From contig CAVNZM010000006.1 in assembly GCA_963693365.1 (NCBI GenBank), forward strand, positions 9,613,355 to 9,677,354: 64,000 nt of DNA. The letters run 5' to 3'. The notes under the pieces are model-generated. The model saw nothing but the letters and a program-made list of their open reading frames with translations. It did no database searches and was not told the DNA's origin. The stretch's first letter is position 1. Every line of letters begins with the position of its first letter. A program made the position numbers and the translations under genes. Below, in pieces: positions 1-64,000 of the stretch. This DNA comes from Amoebidium appalachense (taxonomy: Eukaryota > Protista > Ichthyosporea).

Positions 1-26127
<26,127 letters not shown>

Positions 26128-26347
26128 CTTTAACCTGTTAAGAATTAGAATGCGTAAGGCTACAACTACAATACCAACTAGTGTGTGTGTGTACAGAGGA
26201 AGAATGCTTTTTGTTGTTGTTCTCTTTAAGTTTATGCATTGCTTTTCCTTAGATTTCACTGTCATTTCCTTCAAAAAAGCAAAGAAGCAGAACTGACACA
26301 GGTAAAAAAATGAACGGTGGATACGGGAGAAGGACCGACAAGAAGGG

Positions 26348-26386
<39 letters not shown>

Positions 26387-26489
26387 GGATAACTGCCGGT
26401 GAGAAAAGAGAAAGAAGTAAGATGAGCTGAGCAGGCCCCAGGGATTGGGAGGAAAGGGGGAGGTGTGTGTGGGTGTGGTTGAGGGGGGA

Positions 26490-26522
<33 letters not shown>

Positions 26523-26731
26523 GGGGGGGGGGGGGGAGGGATTTGGGTTGGTTGGTAACTATGGTAGTATAATTTCATGCAAGGGAGGGTTAGCAGAGTA
26601 TACATGTTCTATCTGACGGACATACTGAATAGCTTCGCAAAAAATATTGAAAAGCCAATGGGTGTACGGGTAACTTTTTAAAGCTGTTGTTTTTTTCCGT
26701 CTTTCTTTTTCTTTCTTTTCTTTTTTTTTTT

Positions 26732-26762
<31 letters not shown>

Positions 26763-26969
26763 GGGGGGGATTGTTTCCCTTTTCCTTATTATACCCTTTT
26801 TAATGATGTTTTACCATTAATTGTTTGTTGGTTTGGGGGGACGGGGAAGGTGAAGGGGGGGGGGGGGGGGGGGGGATATAAGCACATGATTATGTAAGTG
26901 TCTCCCTTGCATTATATGGCTGTGATCATAAGTACCCATGTGTCTGTCTGTGTGTGTTTGAGTTCATGG

Positions 26970-27007
<38 letters not shown>

Positions 27008-27705
27008 TGTATGTGTGTGTTATGGGGTGTGTGTGTGTGTGTGTGTGCCCTTGTGTTACGTCGAACGTGTGTTCGGTGTTTGAGCGCTTGTGGGTGGTGG
27101 GCGAAAGGGTGGGTATAAGGGGGGAGGGGCCGGCCGTGAGGGGTGGGTGTGTGTGTATTTGTGTGTGTGTGTGTGTGTGGTGGGGCCGGGGGGGGGAGGG
27201 GGCGGGGGGGAGGGGGAGGGGGGGGGGGGGGAGGGGGGAGAGGCTATCAAAGGGCCATCGACTTCCTGCTTTCATCAGAGCAACTAGCTCGCACAATAAA
27301 CAGAGTGCTTATGTCGGCAATATTGTGTGGTGGGCCATGCAATGTGTGCCTGCATGTAATTGTGTTTAACAATGTGTGTGAGCAAGTTGTGAATGTGCAT
27401 CTGTGTCTCTTCTTTACTTGTGTGTGTGCGTATCCGTCTGTGCCCGCAGGGTTCCGTGTGTGTCCGTGTTTGTGTAGGTGTGCCGACATGTGCGTGTGTG
27501 CTTGTGTGTCTGAGACGTGTATATTTTTGTTTGTGTGTGTGCATCTGTGCATCTGTGTTTTTTTAATGGTGTAGTTGTATGTGTGTGTGTGGGTGGGTGG
27601 GTGGGTGTTTTTGGGTGTGCCCGTGTATGTGGGTGCTGTTTGCTTGTTTTGTCGGAGCGGTGAGAGGAAGGGGGGGGGGGGGGGGGGGGGGGGGGGGGAA
27701 GAAGG

Positions 27706-27736
<31 letters not shown>

Positions 27737-27887
27737 AACACTATGAAAAGCTCTAGCGTGCTGTAACATGATCTATTTTGCAAGGTGATAGTGTTTCTTC
27801 TACACTCAGTAGCATCTAGTATTGTGCGCGCGCACGCACACGAATGTACACACGTACTCACACACAAACACACAACACACAGACACA

Positions 27888-28026
<139 letters not shown>

Positions 28027-28071
28027 ACACACACACACATTTGCGCACACGCACTTTAAACGCACACAAGC

Positions 28072-28102
<31 letters not shown>

Positions 28103-28198
28103 CACACACAAGTGCTTACACACGCGCGCACGCTCGCACACGTACACGCACGCACACACAGCCACACCCAAAGAAACATGGGTTGGCGTTGCTCATAC

Positions 28199-28650
28199 CT
28201 CTAGTGCTTCTTGCTGACCCCCTCCCTCGAGGGTGTCCTCCCCGCCACCAGAAAAACTAAAACTTCGGCTCATTCTTCTGGACACATCCGTGACTACATG
28301 AAAAATTTGAACCCTTTTTCAGCAGATACCGGTGTCTATGTGCAGCTAACTAGTGATGGCAAATTAGGTCCCATTACTATATCTGTGCTTCGTTCAGCAC
28401 CAAGCCTCAAGGCCCTCCGCACAACCCACCCCTCTAGTATGTGTGTGCCCAGAGTGCTGTGGCCTTCCTACACCGTGTTTCTATCCGGTTCTGAGGTTCC
28501 CACCCGACCTTTTCCGTGACGCGAGGTACTTGTGCCGGTGGGAACATGAAAGCTGCACCGCACCCAAAGTTGTGTTCGAAAACTTTTGACGTACTCTATC
28601 ATGAGGCGAATTTGAAACGAAAACGGTCAAGGCGATTGTGATTGGCTGCG
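28199..28650 (-). promoter_or_regulatory. Probable non-coding first exon and promoter region of the PI3K gene
   Basis: Donor GAG|GTATGAG at 28199/28198, in-frame TAG just upstream, CCAAT box (GATTGG) near 28640-28645, and unique non-repeat sequence. TSS not determinable. Confidence 0.45.
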
Positions 28651-30683
28651 AGTGCATCACTCCGGTGCTCTGCAAGTGCAAGACTTTGCAAGTGTAACAT
28701 TGAAATCGAAGTGTTCCAACTAAAGCGGCGCACGGCAGAGAAAAGCAAGAATGTCCGTCGTGCAACCATTTCGTCCCTCCCTCCCCCTCCCTCCCCCCCC
28801 CCTCCCCCTCCCCTTTCTCTACTCCCTCCCCTTCCCCCCCCCCCCCCCCCCCCCCCCAACCTCTCCCCGCCTTGGTCCCTTTCCCTTTTCTCTCCTCCTC
28901 CCCCTCTCCCCCCCCCCCCTCCCCCCCTCGGCCTCTCCCCCCCTCCCCCCTCCCCGCCCCCCCCCCTTCGTCGCCCCCGCCCCAGTCTCCGCCCCCCCTC
29001 CCCCGGTCACCTCGGGTGACTCATCCACCCTGACACACACACACACACATGCACACACACACCCACCCACCCATGCACGCACGTGCACACACGCATACAC
29101 GCACACACGTACATACACGCCCGCACACGCACACACGACCTACGCGCAAGGGCGCACACACACGCGCGCGCGCGTGGTGTCCGGCACCTACCGCTTCATG
29201 TCTCGAATTCATGGGAATTTTTTGTTTTTTTAAAAAAAAAAAAACTTTGAATGAAACCGTGCAATGTTGAAGCAAAAGCCACTATTTGTAAAGAAAAAAT
29301 CACTAGCTATTGCTTAGTCCGGGAAGAAGTTGGGCAGGATTCAAATCATGAAGGGGGGGGGGGGGGGGGGAGGGGGGGGGGGGGGGAGGGGGAGGGAGTC
29401 CTGGTTCTCCTCCACGACACGTGACATGTTTGCAGGGGGCCCCAACGATACTGGGGATGCCGTGACGCCACACAGGGCACAAAAACGTAACAGAGGAGAG
29501 GGGGAGGGGGGGGGGGGGAGGGGGGCTCGGACCTGAATGACGCCTTTCCATTCTGGTTGTGCTTATCATACAAATCATACACCTACATCACGGTCGCCAC
29601 AAGCTTTGAACTTGATATAATTATAAGAAAGAAAGAAAAGAAAAAGGCGCATTTTTGTGACCACTGACACGCGGGAAGGGTCAACCAGAATGCGCCATTT
29701 TTCTTTTCTTTCTGCTGCTTGAAAGCCGACTCAGCCTGCCAAGGTGGTATAAATGTGAGTCTGTCAGGTAGTGGCGGAAGGGTGGCGGTGGTGGTGAGTG
29801 AGTGTGAGCCGGGGTTGAGGGTGGTGGTGCATGCATATGTGTGTGTGTGTGTCGTGTGCGGTGGTGGTGGGGGAGGATGCTTCCGCAAAATTCATAATTT
29901 TTTGGTTTGTAATCTGAGCAGCAGGGACGCAACAAAATCATATCCGATCATTCCTGAACAAATCCAAGGTAGTTTTGATAGGCTCAGATTTTTGTGGTTG
30001 ACCCCTTTCGCCACCCCACAACGACAGCGGGTATGTTTTTTCTTTCTTTTTTTTTTTTTTTTTGGGAGGGGGGGGGGGGGGGGGGGGGGGGGGAAGGGGG
30101 GAGGGGGGAGGGGAGGGGGGAGGGGGGAGGGGGAGGGAGGGGGGAGGGGGGGCGCATACTTCGAACCCCCCCCGAGGGGGGGGGGGGGGGGGGGGGGGCA
30201 CATACTTCGAACCCCCCAGCCAAGGACCCACCTCGCCTAAGGCTTAACATTAATATTATAAAACAAACTCTGGTGCACCAGGGAAAAAAAGGATTAATGC
30301 TGTAGTTCGGATAGCGACTACAGTAGCTGCTACAGGAGGAGATCGTGACAATGGTTTAATTGTCTTTTGGTTTATGGTGATCCAGTCACCAATAGCCAAA
30401 GTTCTGTTGCTTTTCCAACCTTGCGTGTTAACTTCAAAATGGAAAATTTGTGCTTGGAAACACGGAATAAAAAATTCGACGGCCAAATCTGCAGACAAAA
30501 CATAGGCATAACTTAGCCAGTTTTGTGGTTAGTATATTCTATCTTCTAGTAGAATACGGCTCATGTACAATAACAACTATGATGCCAATCCTGAAGGAAT
30601 TCGAATTCTAAGCTGGGACGGACAGAGGAGAGATGCGCACAACTGCAGCAACTCTTTGCCTTTAAAATCATATGGCGCTATTA

Positions 30684-31688
30684 CTAAGAACTATAGGATG
30701 TCTGGTCATTTCCGGTGCCAAACACACAGCCGTTGCTGCATGAGCACTTTCCACCGAGAAACGTGGGCAGCTGCTGAATATTGAAAGTTTCGCTGATATA
30801 TGCGCACTCCTCGCCCACACACGACCCTGCTTTCCTGCTGTCTGTTCTCGCTGGGCAGCAGACCACCTTCTCGGCCATTTTCTTGGGCATGACGGTTTTT
30901 ACGCAACTGATCACCCACTTGAATGCCGAGGGTACGTTAAAGAGAATATTTTGGTGTACGAGTTGTGGGTACAAGTGCTCACCCAGACCTGATGTTTCGT
31001 TGAGGCATTTCTCCACCTTTTTGTCGCGCGCCGTGAGCAGGCGGGTGCCAGTGTGTGCAAAGTCAATAACATTAATGCTCTTCATGAGCAACCCGGTAGA
31101 CCGGGTAAGGCCATCGCAGATAAGATAGCATTTCTCCTTGTTGTACATCATCCACCGGCAAATATCATCTTCGCTGAGTTTGGAGCTCACCGCCTTTGGG
31201 TTTGTCAGACCAATTCGTGTGATGTAGATGGGGCTGCCGTCCCGTGCCTGTTTGTGAAGGGACGATGCAAGGTATTTGCTCATTATTTCATCGGATTTTT
31301 CGGGTACTCCCCTGCGCACGTCGGCTATCAGCTCTGCGTTTTCTCTCCTCCATTTCTGACCAAGGACAATCGCGGAAGCGGCTTCCTCCTGTGTTTTGAA
31401 AGAAAGGAGATAGCGAAGGAGCCACAGATCGTCATTCTCTGGCAAAAGGACATCCTCTACGGTGCTTCTAAGCGTGGCAATGTCTTTCTTGTGTGCCTCT
31501 AATAGGCAGCATATGCATCGTGTCTTCAGTGCCGAGTTGCCCTCACAGACATGGGGAAAGTGTGTGCTTGAGCGTGAGCTAACAGTGGACGGGCGCTTTT
31601 GCACTTTGACATCCTCGAATGAAACAAACGGCTCGTCTACAGCCTCACAGACAACAACGGATTGCGCCATGTTTGAATCAGGAGCCAT
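30684..31688 (-). CDS. Sec14/CRAL-TRIO lipid-binding domain protein, intronless (334 aa from ATG 31688)
   Basis: DDLWLLRYL (CRAL-TRIO_N), WRREN, ARDGSPIYI, VID, HLYPQLVHQNILFNVPSAF, LPTFLGGKCSCSNGC. The ORF-track start at 31736 is TTG. Confidence 0.9.
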   Translation of the reverse strand: MAPDSNMAQSVVVCEAVDEPFVSFEDVKVQKRPSTVSSRSSTHFPHVCEGNSALKTRCICCLLEAHKKDIATLRSTVEDVLLPENDDLWLLRYLLSFKTQEEAASAIVLGQKWRRENAELIADVRRGVPEKSDEIMSKYLASSLHKQARDGSPIYITRIGLTNPKAVSSKLSEDDICRWMMYNKEKCYLICDGLTRSTGLLMKSINVIDFAHTGTRLLTARDKKVEKCLNETSGLGEHLYPQLVHQNILFNVPSAFKWVISCVKTVMPKKMAEKVVCCPARTDSRKAGSCVGEECAYISETFNIQQLPTFLGGKCSCSNGCVFGTGNDQTSYSS

Positions 31689-31815
31689 GTTATAGTCTAT
31701 TATTAGGAGTGTGCGTGGTTTCTTGTAAGTATACAATTATGCTCTATTATGGGCTGCGAGACTCTTGTTAGGAGTTCTCGTGGTGGAATCGAGAGTGAAG
31801 ACTGACCGTTCGGTC

Positions 31816-31909
31816 TTTATATACCCGTAGAGTGGGACTGGTCTGACGGCGATTGGCTGATAAGAGTGCTTCTTTTTGGCGATTAATTATAAGATTGGTT
31901 TTTGATTGG
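31816..31909 (-). promoter_or_regulatory. TATA box and three CCAAT boxes upstream of the CRAL-TRIO gene
   Basis: TATATAAA on the minus strand (31816-31823). ATTGG at 31852, 31894 and 31905. Confidence 0.55.
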
Positions 31910-32646
31910 TGGCAAAAGAACTCGGCGCCGTCGGCGGGCCGGGGCCCGGCGGCTAGCCTCAGACACTATCCCGCGGCGTACAGAAACACAAACAGGAATA
32001 CATACTAAATGTATTGGTGATAAATATACAAAACTATATGTTTATTACAGTAAAAATAGATAAATATGTATTTGCTAATTATCATAGCAAAGGCTGGCAA
32101 TGATATGCTGGATCTACCAATCAATGTTACTTCGTTATCAGTTTATCAGTCTGACCAATCAGAAATAACTTCTATTGTTGGTATTTTCCATCAGATTCTG
32201 GAATGTCGCCCAGATCTTGGCCTGGCCACAGTGGCACAGACAGGGGGCCAGCGCTCTGCCAGATCTTGTTTTGTTAGTTTGTTTCGGTGGGGAACAACCA
32301 GCTGAAGCAGGGGACTCGGCCTCAGGCCCTCGGGTGCCGGGCACACGCCGGGGAAGATGGGGGGGAGGGGTGGGGAGGGGGGAGCGAGAGAGGTGGGGAG
32401 GGGAGGGAGGGTTGAAGTGGGCACACTGATGTATTACAGTTTATTGGGCCATCGGTTGAAGTACGTCCAGTCTGAGACGAATACTAGCTAGACAGTATTG
32501 CTTCATAGGGGGGGGGGAGGGGGAGGGGACGAGGAGGGGGGGGAGGGGAGGGGAGGGCCTGCCGCTCCCACTCACATATATGCATAGCTAGAACGGGTCC
32601 TCTTACATTCACTGCTACCTAGCCACGTCGGCGGCGGTGGCGGCAG

Positions 32647-32686
<40 letters not shown>

Positions 32687-32769
32687 AGGGGGGGGAGGAG
32701 GTGGGGGGGGGGGGGGGGGGGAGGGTCATACCTCCAAAGAGACCCTTGATTTGGGGGATATAAAAAATG

Positions 32770-32912
32770 AAGTAGGTGCCCCCCCCCCCCCCCCTCCCCC
32801 CGCTTCCCCCCTCCCCCCCTCTAAGACTTTCACTACGTGTACCCCGACTAGTACTCTGGGGGGGGGGGGGGGGGGGGGGTGCGTTCTAAACTTTGCTTAG
32901 GAGGAGGTGCCT

Positions 32913-32962
<50 letters not shown>

Positions 32963-33203
32963 ACCACCACCACCACCACCACCACCACCACCCCCACACA
33001 TATACAGACACTTCAAAAAAAATAAAGAAATGAAAAAATGAAAGAAAAACCGGTTAGGGTGAAGTGCCCCTCCCTCCCCCCCCCCCCCCCCCCCCCCCCC
33101 CCCCGACCCCCAACCCCAAAAAGAAAGAAAAAAAAATTGGTCAGGGGGAGGTGCCCTTCTCTCTCCCCCTCCCCCCCCTTCCCCCCCCCCCCCCCCCTCC
33201 CCC

Positions 33204-33234
<31 letters not shown>

Positions 33235-33430
33235 AAAAAAAAAAACTATTCAAAAGAAAAAAGAAAAAAAAACTATGTAGTCAGGGGGAGGTGCCCCCCC
33301 CCCCCCCCCCCCCCCTCCCCCCCCCTCCCCCTCCCCCTCCCCACCACCAGCCCCCCCCCCCCCCCCCCCCCCCCCCAACAAAAAAAAAAAAAAAAGCACT
33401 TGAGTCAGGGGCGGGTGCCTCCTCCACGTA
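32770..33430 (+). repeat. Irregular tandem array: GT(C/T)AGGGGGAGGTGCC motif followed by poly-C and poly-A
   Basis: Motif variants at ~32897, 33053, 33140, 33280 and 33404, with a partial copy at 32771. Confidence 0.65.
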
Positions 33431-33435
33431 CATAG

Positions 33436-33468
<33 letters not shown>

Positions 33469-34048
33469 GGGGGTCCCGTGACGCGTTCCGAAGAAGGGGG
33501 GGGGGGGGGGGGACTCTTTGAACGAAAGATACTTCTACTTGTGGAGTTGACCCTAGCCCAGGTAGAGCAACTTGTAATTTATTTGTCTGCTGTAATGCGT
33601 AGGTGCAGCCAACGGTTGGCCATGAACCGCTATAGAGTTATCACAACACCCGTTATTATACTGCCAGCAAGGGGGTCACTGATATTGCGGACCAGTGAAG
33701 AGTTTTTAAGAATTCATACGGACTGAGCTTTTGGGCTAATAAGTATTGCCTGGTTATTGGCTTGAACCAGTCAAGCAAGCAACAAAGACATATTTTCAAA
33801 GCCTTGAAACACAAGCAAGAGGAATAAGGAAACGTGTCTTCAGACTACGTACCACTTATCATTGCACACCAACTGTCACAAAAAGACCTTGTATTACACC
33901 ACAATTGTTTAGTATTGAATTGCGCGAAATATAGACCTCCTCTACATATATACCCGGATTTACATTTGGTTGTGGTGGACCTAGCAATATCCAGCACCGA
34001 ACCATAATTTACGCAAGATCTACGAAATTCCGACATTGAGGCCAGATT

Positions 34049-40789
<6,741 letters not shown>

Positions 40790-40924
40790 TCTGGCTTCAA
40801 TGTAGAAACTAGGTAGGGTGAAGTGTTGGTGACGTAGCGGTCTTGAGTGTGTGGACTAGCGGGATGTCGTTTTATATTCACCCACTGCCCATGCAGGCAC
40901 TGCGCCGACTTCCCCGTGTCAGGA

Positions 40925-40973
40925 TTTTATATAGCAATGTGACAGAAAAAGCTTTTCATGACAATTTACCAAT
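40925..40973 (-). promoter_or_regulatory. TATA and CCAAT elements upstream of the malic enzyme ATG
   Basis: TATATAAAA on the minus strand at 40925-40933, about 135 nt upstream of the ATG. CCAAT at 40969-40973. Confidence 0.5.
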
Positions 40974-42208
40974 CAAGAGAGTTCATCAGAATTTTCAAAG
41001 CTGCATTTCATCTGCCAAAGTTTGGTTATCCGATAGCAGCGCTAGGAATGTAGATCTTTTGTTGACAGTCCTTAGTGGCCAACCAAAACTAGCATAGAAT
41101 CTCCTTATACTTTCCTGTTTGGAGATAACTCCATAATGTCCATTCTATTTTTCAAAATACTACTCTAGATCTTGTAATAAAACAGCGACCTTAAAAATTG
41201 TTCAAAAATATCCTCCCAATCTTGTAAGTCTTACATGTATATGAATCTATAAGAACTGCCAATATTCCTTAAACTACCTAACATGTCAACGCCGCAAGTA
41301 TTATTATGCACATGTATATACATAGGTATAATTCGATGGCCATGGAAGGTCGTCGTCGGCGACACTTTTAGAGGGAGGATTGATATTTGTTAACCATCAA
41401 TGAACTGTTAGCGTGGGTATCAAAGAGGGCATCATGTCAAATAAAAATATACCTAAGGCATTTACAGCGTAGACTTGAAAAGAAAACAAAAATACATTTG
41501 CAGTCAGTGTAAAGCCCCATCAAGGAGGTATCGAAAGCCATATGCTAACCAATCACATACGGCTCACCTTGTCGCTCAGGCTTTTCCCCTGCGCGAACGG
41601 TGGGCACCGTGGTGTGGCGCGCTGAGTAGAGGCCCCGAAATCAAGACACCGCGCCCTGGCCTGCACAGCCAAAATGCAAAAAGCGCACAGCAGATTTTGT
41701 ATCACCGTGCGACAAAAAACTCCTTGGCAACGAAACAGGTCACATAAGCAGCTGATATCAGTACATACGCACATACACAATGCCACACATATCCGATTCG
41801 ATCGATGCTCTTGCTGCCTGCAGAATCTGATGTCAGAAGTGTACACAGTCTGCCACTTGTCCAACACAAACACAATTGCAAGGCCACTCTACATCGATAT
41901 CTGCAGGCATAGTGTCATAGCCTGCAGTGACCCGCGGCCCGTTATCGATCACAAGGGTGGGCGCGGGGTCGACGTCTGTGGGGGCCACCGGATATAGCTA
42001 GCTATTAGCTGAGTTATTTTTCATATGCATATGTCGAGTGAGTTTTCATGAGCGAGTGGGAGACTGGGATCCTGGGTGCAAGTTGACAATATATTGATTA
42101 TTATGATTGTGGCGCTCCGTCAACTGTGGGTGCGTGAGTAGTAGTCACCGTGGTACCGGTGGGGGCAGTGGTGGTTTTGTGAGTGAGTGTATGAGTGCGT
42201 GTGTGTCA

Positions 42209-42243
<35 letters not shown>

Positions 42244-42478
42244 CCATATTGGACGGAAAGTATGAAATTGGTTTTTATTCGCTCAATGCTCAAAACAGCA
42301 GCCACCTAGTAATAGCAGTAAAGAAGACCCAGCGAATATGAGTGTAAGAATTTGCCTACCGCAAGCTCTAAAAGCCACCCATGTATGGAAGAGAGAAATC
42401 AACAACTTTGTGCTGTCACAGTGGTCCGTTGAACTGCAAGTTTCCCTTAAAAAATAAAAAATAAAAACAAAACAAAAC

Positions 42479-42542
<64 letters not shown>

Positions 42543-42999
42543 GTCACTTGATCCCAAAATCGTGGTTTGCCTTTCTCCTCCCACCCAGGTATTCAGTGAC
42601 TGGGACGCCAGTGACCCATGCCTCCCACACCCTACATGTGCAGATCCATGCCTGCACACACCCACGACACTAGATGAATGGATATTTATAGCAACTATTC
42701 ATTAGAGATAAAACTTACAGTTGTGGTGGTATACATATATATTCAGCTCTGAATGCTTGGCTAGGTTGGGGCTAGAAACAGGCCTATCACTGTGACCTTC
42801 GAAACTTTGTGAAACTATTAGGCACTGCCTGCAACTGTTCACATACAAACCAATCATTGACAATCATACTAGGAATACAGGCCCAGTATCCCTATTGAAC
42901 TCCCCCTAGCAGGAATATTGCCTACATGCTAAACCTCAAACAACAAAACAACCTACTTAATTACTTCCTCCTGTCCTTCCTACCATGCATGTGAGCAGT

Positions 43000-53377
<10,378 letters not shown>

Positions 53378-55341
53378 ATTGCCGACAGCCACGAAGGCAC
53401 TCACTCCTGCACACCCCAAAACCGTCAGTTTCCTTGAGCCCCCCTGGAGTCGTCAAAGAAGGAAAAAATGTGCGCAGGCTCACACCTTCTATAGAGCGGG
53501 GTTGGAATAACCGACAAGGCGACTATAGTAGTGCCTGTAGTTGTGATATGGCCATACGGATGGCATCTGCAGCCACACAAGCATGCACGAAGTACGGGAG
53601 CAAGCTTTAGTACTTTGTGCACTTGTAAAATAACACAGGCCACACCCATCCCACACAGCCTGGAATCACGCACACACGCACTCACGCACACACTGATACA
53701 TATCACACACCCAGACGATGGACAAGGTGAACCAGTACAAAGCTCAGATTCCACAGCCCCAGCAGTGCCGTAGTCTACCGACTCCCTCCCACGCCTCGCC
53801 GCTTACGCTAGGACCAAATACCGAGCTTAAAACCCGACGGACATGTTCGTTTTTCTGTATTCTAATGCAGCTCTGTTTCCTATTTCGCGTGGTACGGGCA
53901 GGGAGCCACAGTTCTCCATATTGACATCATCCATGTCGGCTACACAGGGGCCTTTTCTTTGACACCTACTCAAGGGAAATCCTGCATGTGCAACCACTAG
54001 TTCGACCCCGAAACACCAATATGGCTACTATACTAGCTCCTACCTTCTCCTTGATGCTCCTCTTTGTCTTTCTCTCAGGACCTCACTCACACTAACCTGA
54101 AAACTTGACGTGCCCCTTGCCAAGTCCGGTGGGAACGGTGACACGAAGTTTTCTCAGCTTGTCAGCTCGGGCACAACTTAAAAGGAGCATGGGTGTCAAT
54201 TCCAGAATTTGAAATTTTTCTCTTGATAGCAGTATCCGATTGGTTCAGAGTGCACTTCAATAAAACGTCACAAGTTTTTGTGTATCCTGATTTTTAGCGA
54301 ATCATTGATGTTCACTGGCTTCTGTCACTCTCACGACTCACGAGTCACTGACTCAGTCACACAGACTCGCACGGTCCTAGATGAATAAAGCGATAAAAGA
54401 GTTGTCTTTTTCTATTTTCACATAAAGTTTCGAAAGAAAAAATAGATTGTTTTACAGCTTGGAAGTATCAAAATCAAACTGGTTTTATAGTACTGTTCGA
54501 ACTGTGCGACCTCTTTTAGAATCACCAATCCGCATTTTCCAAAAAATATTTGTAAAGCCGCTTCGTAGCAGCATATGATTGGTGACTGACAATTGTTACC
54601 AAGTATATAATGGGAGTTCACAGTGACTGGCAGCTGCAGGCAGACTTCCTCTTCTAGATCTTCTGGGCCCCTCATGTACGATGTGGGCAACACCAATGGT
54701 TGGTTGTTCAATGAGCTCTGGGCAACTTGAACAAGGTGCCAGCCGTCTTTTTATTTACATGTACATGTGTGTCGGCTTTTCACTTGGTACGTCATGTCAG
54801 AGCGCATGCTGCACTTCAATTTGTACTGTATGCCTATGATACTATCTGCATGCCTGTTCGGTGCATCATCGGAAATTTGATAGATAGGAACCGTCTCAAT
54901 ATTATACGTATACTCAAGAGGTGTATGCCGAGCTACGAACTCCAGTATAGACTACATTTGTCAATGGCCACATGTTTACGTTTATGTGAACCTACAAAGG
55001 AGCAAGCGGATGATACAAGCTTGTGCTACTTAAGCTTATTTATTAGTAGAGCTATCACAGCCCCACGGCTGCAACTGAAACATGGTGGTGCAGGCTAAAA
55101 GATTTAAGAGTTCCTGTGATGATGTGCGTACCGGTGTCTGTGTCTGTTGCTAGTGCCCTCATCACCTGCATGTTAAGGGACAGTGTGTTTACCCATGTAC
55201 GACACTTTGTTGTGTGAATAAGTGTTCCACGTGCACGGTCTCGTTACGGACTCGTCATGTAGCAAAATCCGACCATGCTAATTATGGCTCTAAAACGGAC
55301 TACGGGAGTGCCCCACTTAGAAATCATCATATATATGCAGA

Positions 55342-63809
<8,468 letters not shown>

Positions 63810-64000
63810 CTGCGGGTCAAGTATGTGCAAACGAAGGTATTGGAATAGAGGAAGTGACACTGATCAGAAAGGGGGTTTTGGAATATCAAGAAGAGAGGGT
63901 GGGGTGGAGGAACACAGATTGTTTTGTTGTATGAATGTATGAATGAATTCGTGCTTAAACACACACTGTGGGCAAGCCTGTGTGTGTGAGCCAGAGCACA

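Noticed and set aside
32897-33430. CRISPR-like repeat-spacer array
   Set aside because: Repeats are degenerate, spacers are homopolymers of variable length, the context is eukaryotic and there are no cas genes.
41608-41653. Hammerhead-like CTGAG...GAAA motif
   Set aside because: The core does not match CUGANGA and the stems are inadequate. The region reads better as a minus-strand exon.

Overview
Eukaryotic genomic DNA with intron-rich genes whose introns are packed with poly-G/poly-C, (GT/CA)n and (GA)n tracts. A class I PI3K with a p85-binding domain and this gene architecture suggest a unicellular holozoan, but that is inference. Almost all ORFs in the supplied track are microsatellite artefacts. 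Manual exon assembly gives five protein genes, all on the minus strand: a class I PI3K catalytic subunit (<1-26127, running off the left edge), an intronless Sec14/CRAL-TRIO gene, an NADP-type malic enzyme, ERp44 (CRFS and RDEL motifs) and an EED/LRWD1-like WD40 protein (running off the right edge). PI3K introns contain a tRNA-Gly(GCC), a perfect inverted pair of tRNA-Leu(CAA) genes, and an apparently recent 5'-truncated non-LTR retrotransposon. The retroelement is the most notable item. It is bounded by a 10-bp target-site duplication (ACAAACATAT) only 41 bp from the tRNA-Gly 3' end, ends in a C-run rather than poly(A), and has an in-frame 177-bp duplication at its 5' junction, so it is a candidate tRNA-targeting LINE. 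Other leads are a possible natural N-myristoylation signal on the p110, GC-AG introns, an EED-like protein lacking the methyl-lysine cage, and microsatellites that form splice sites.
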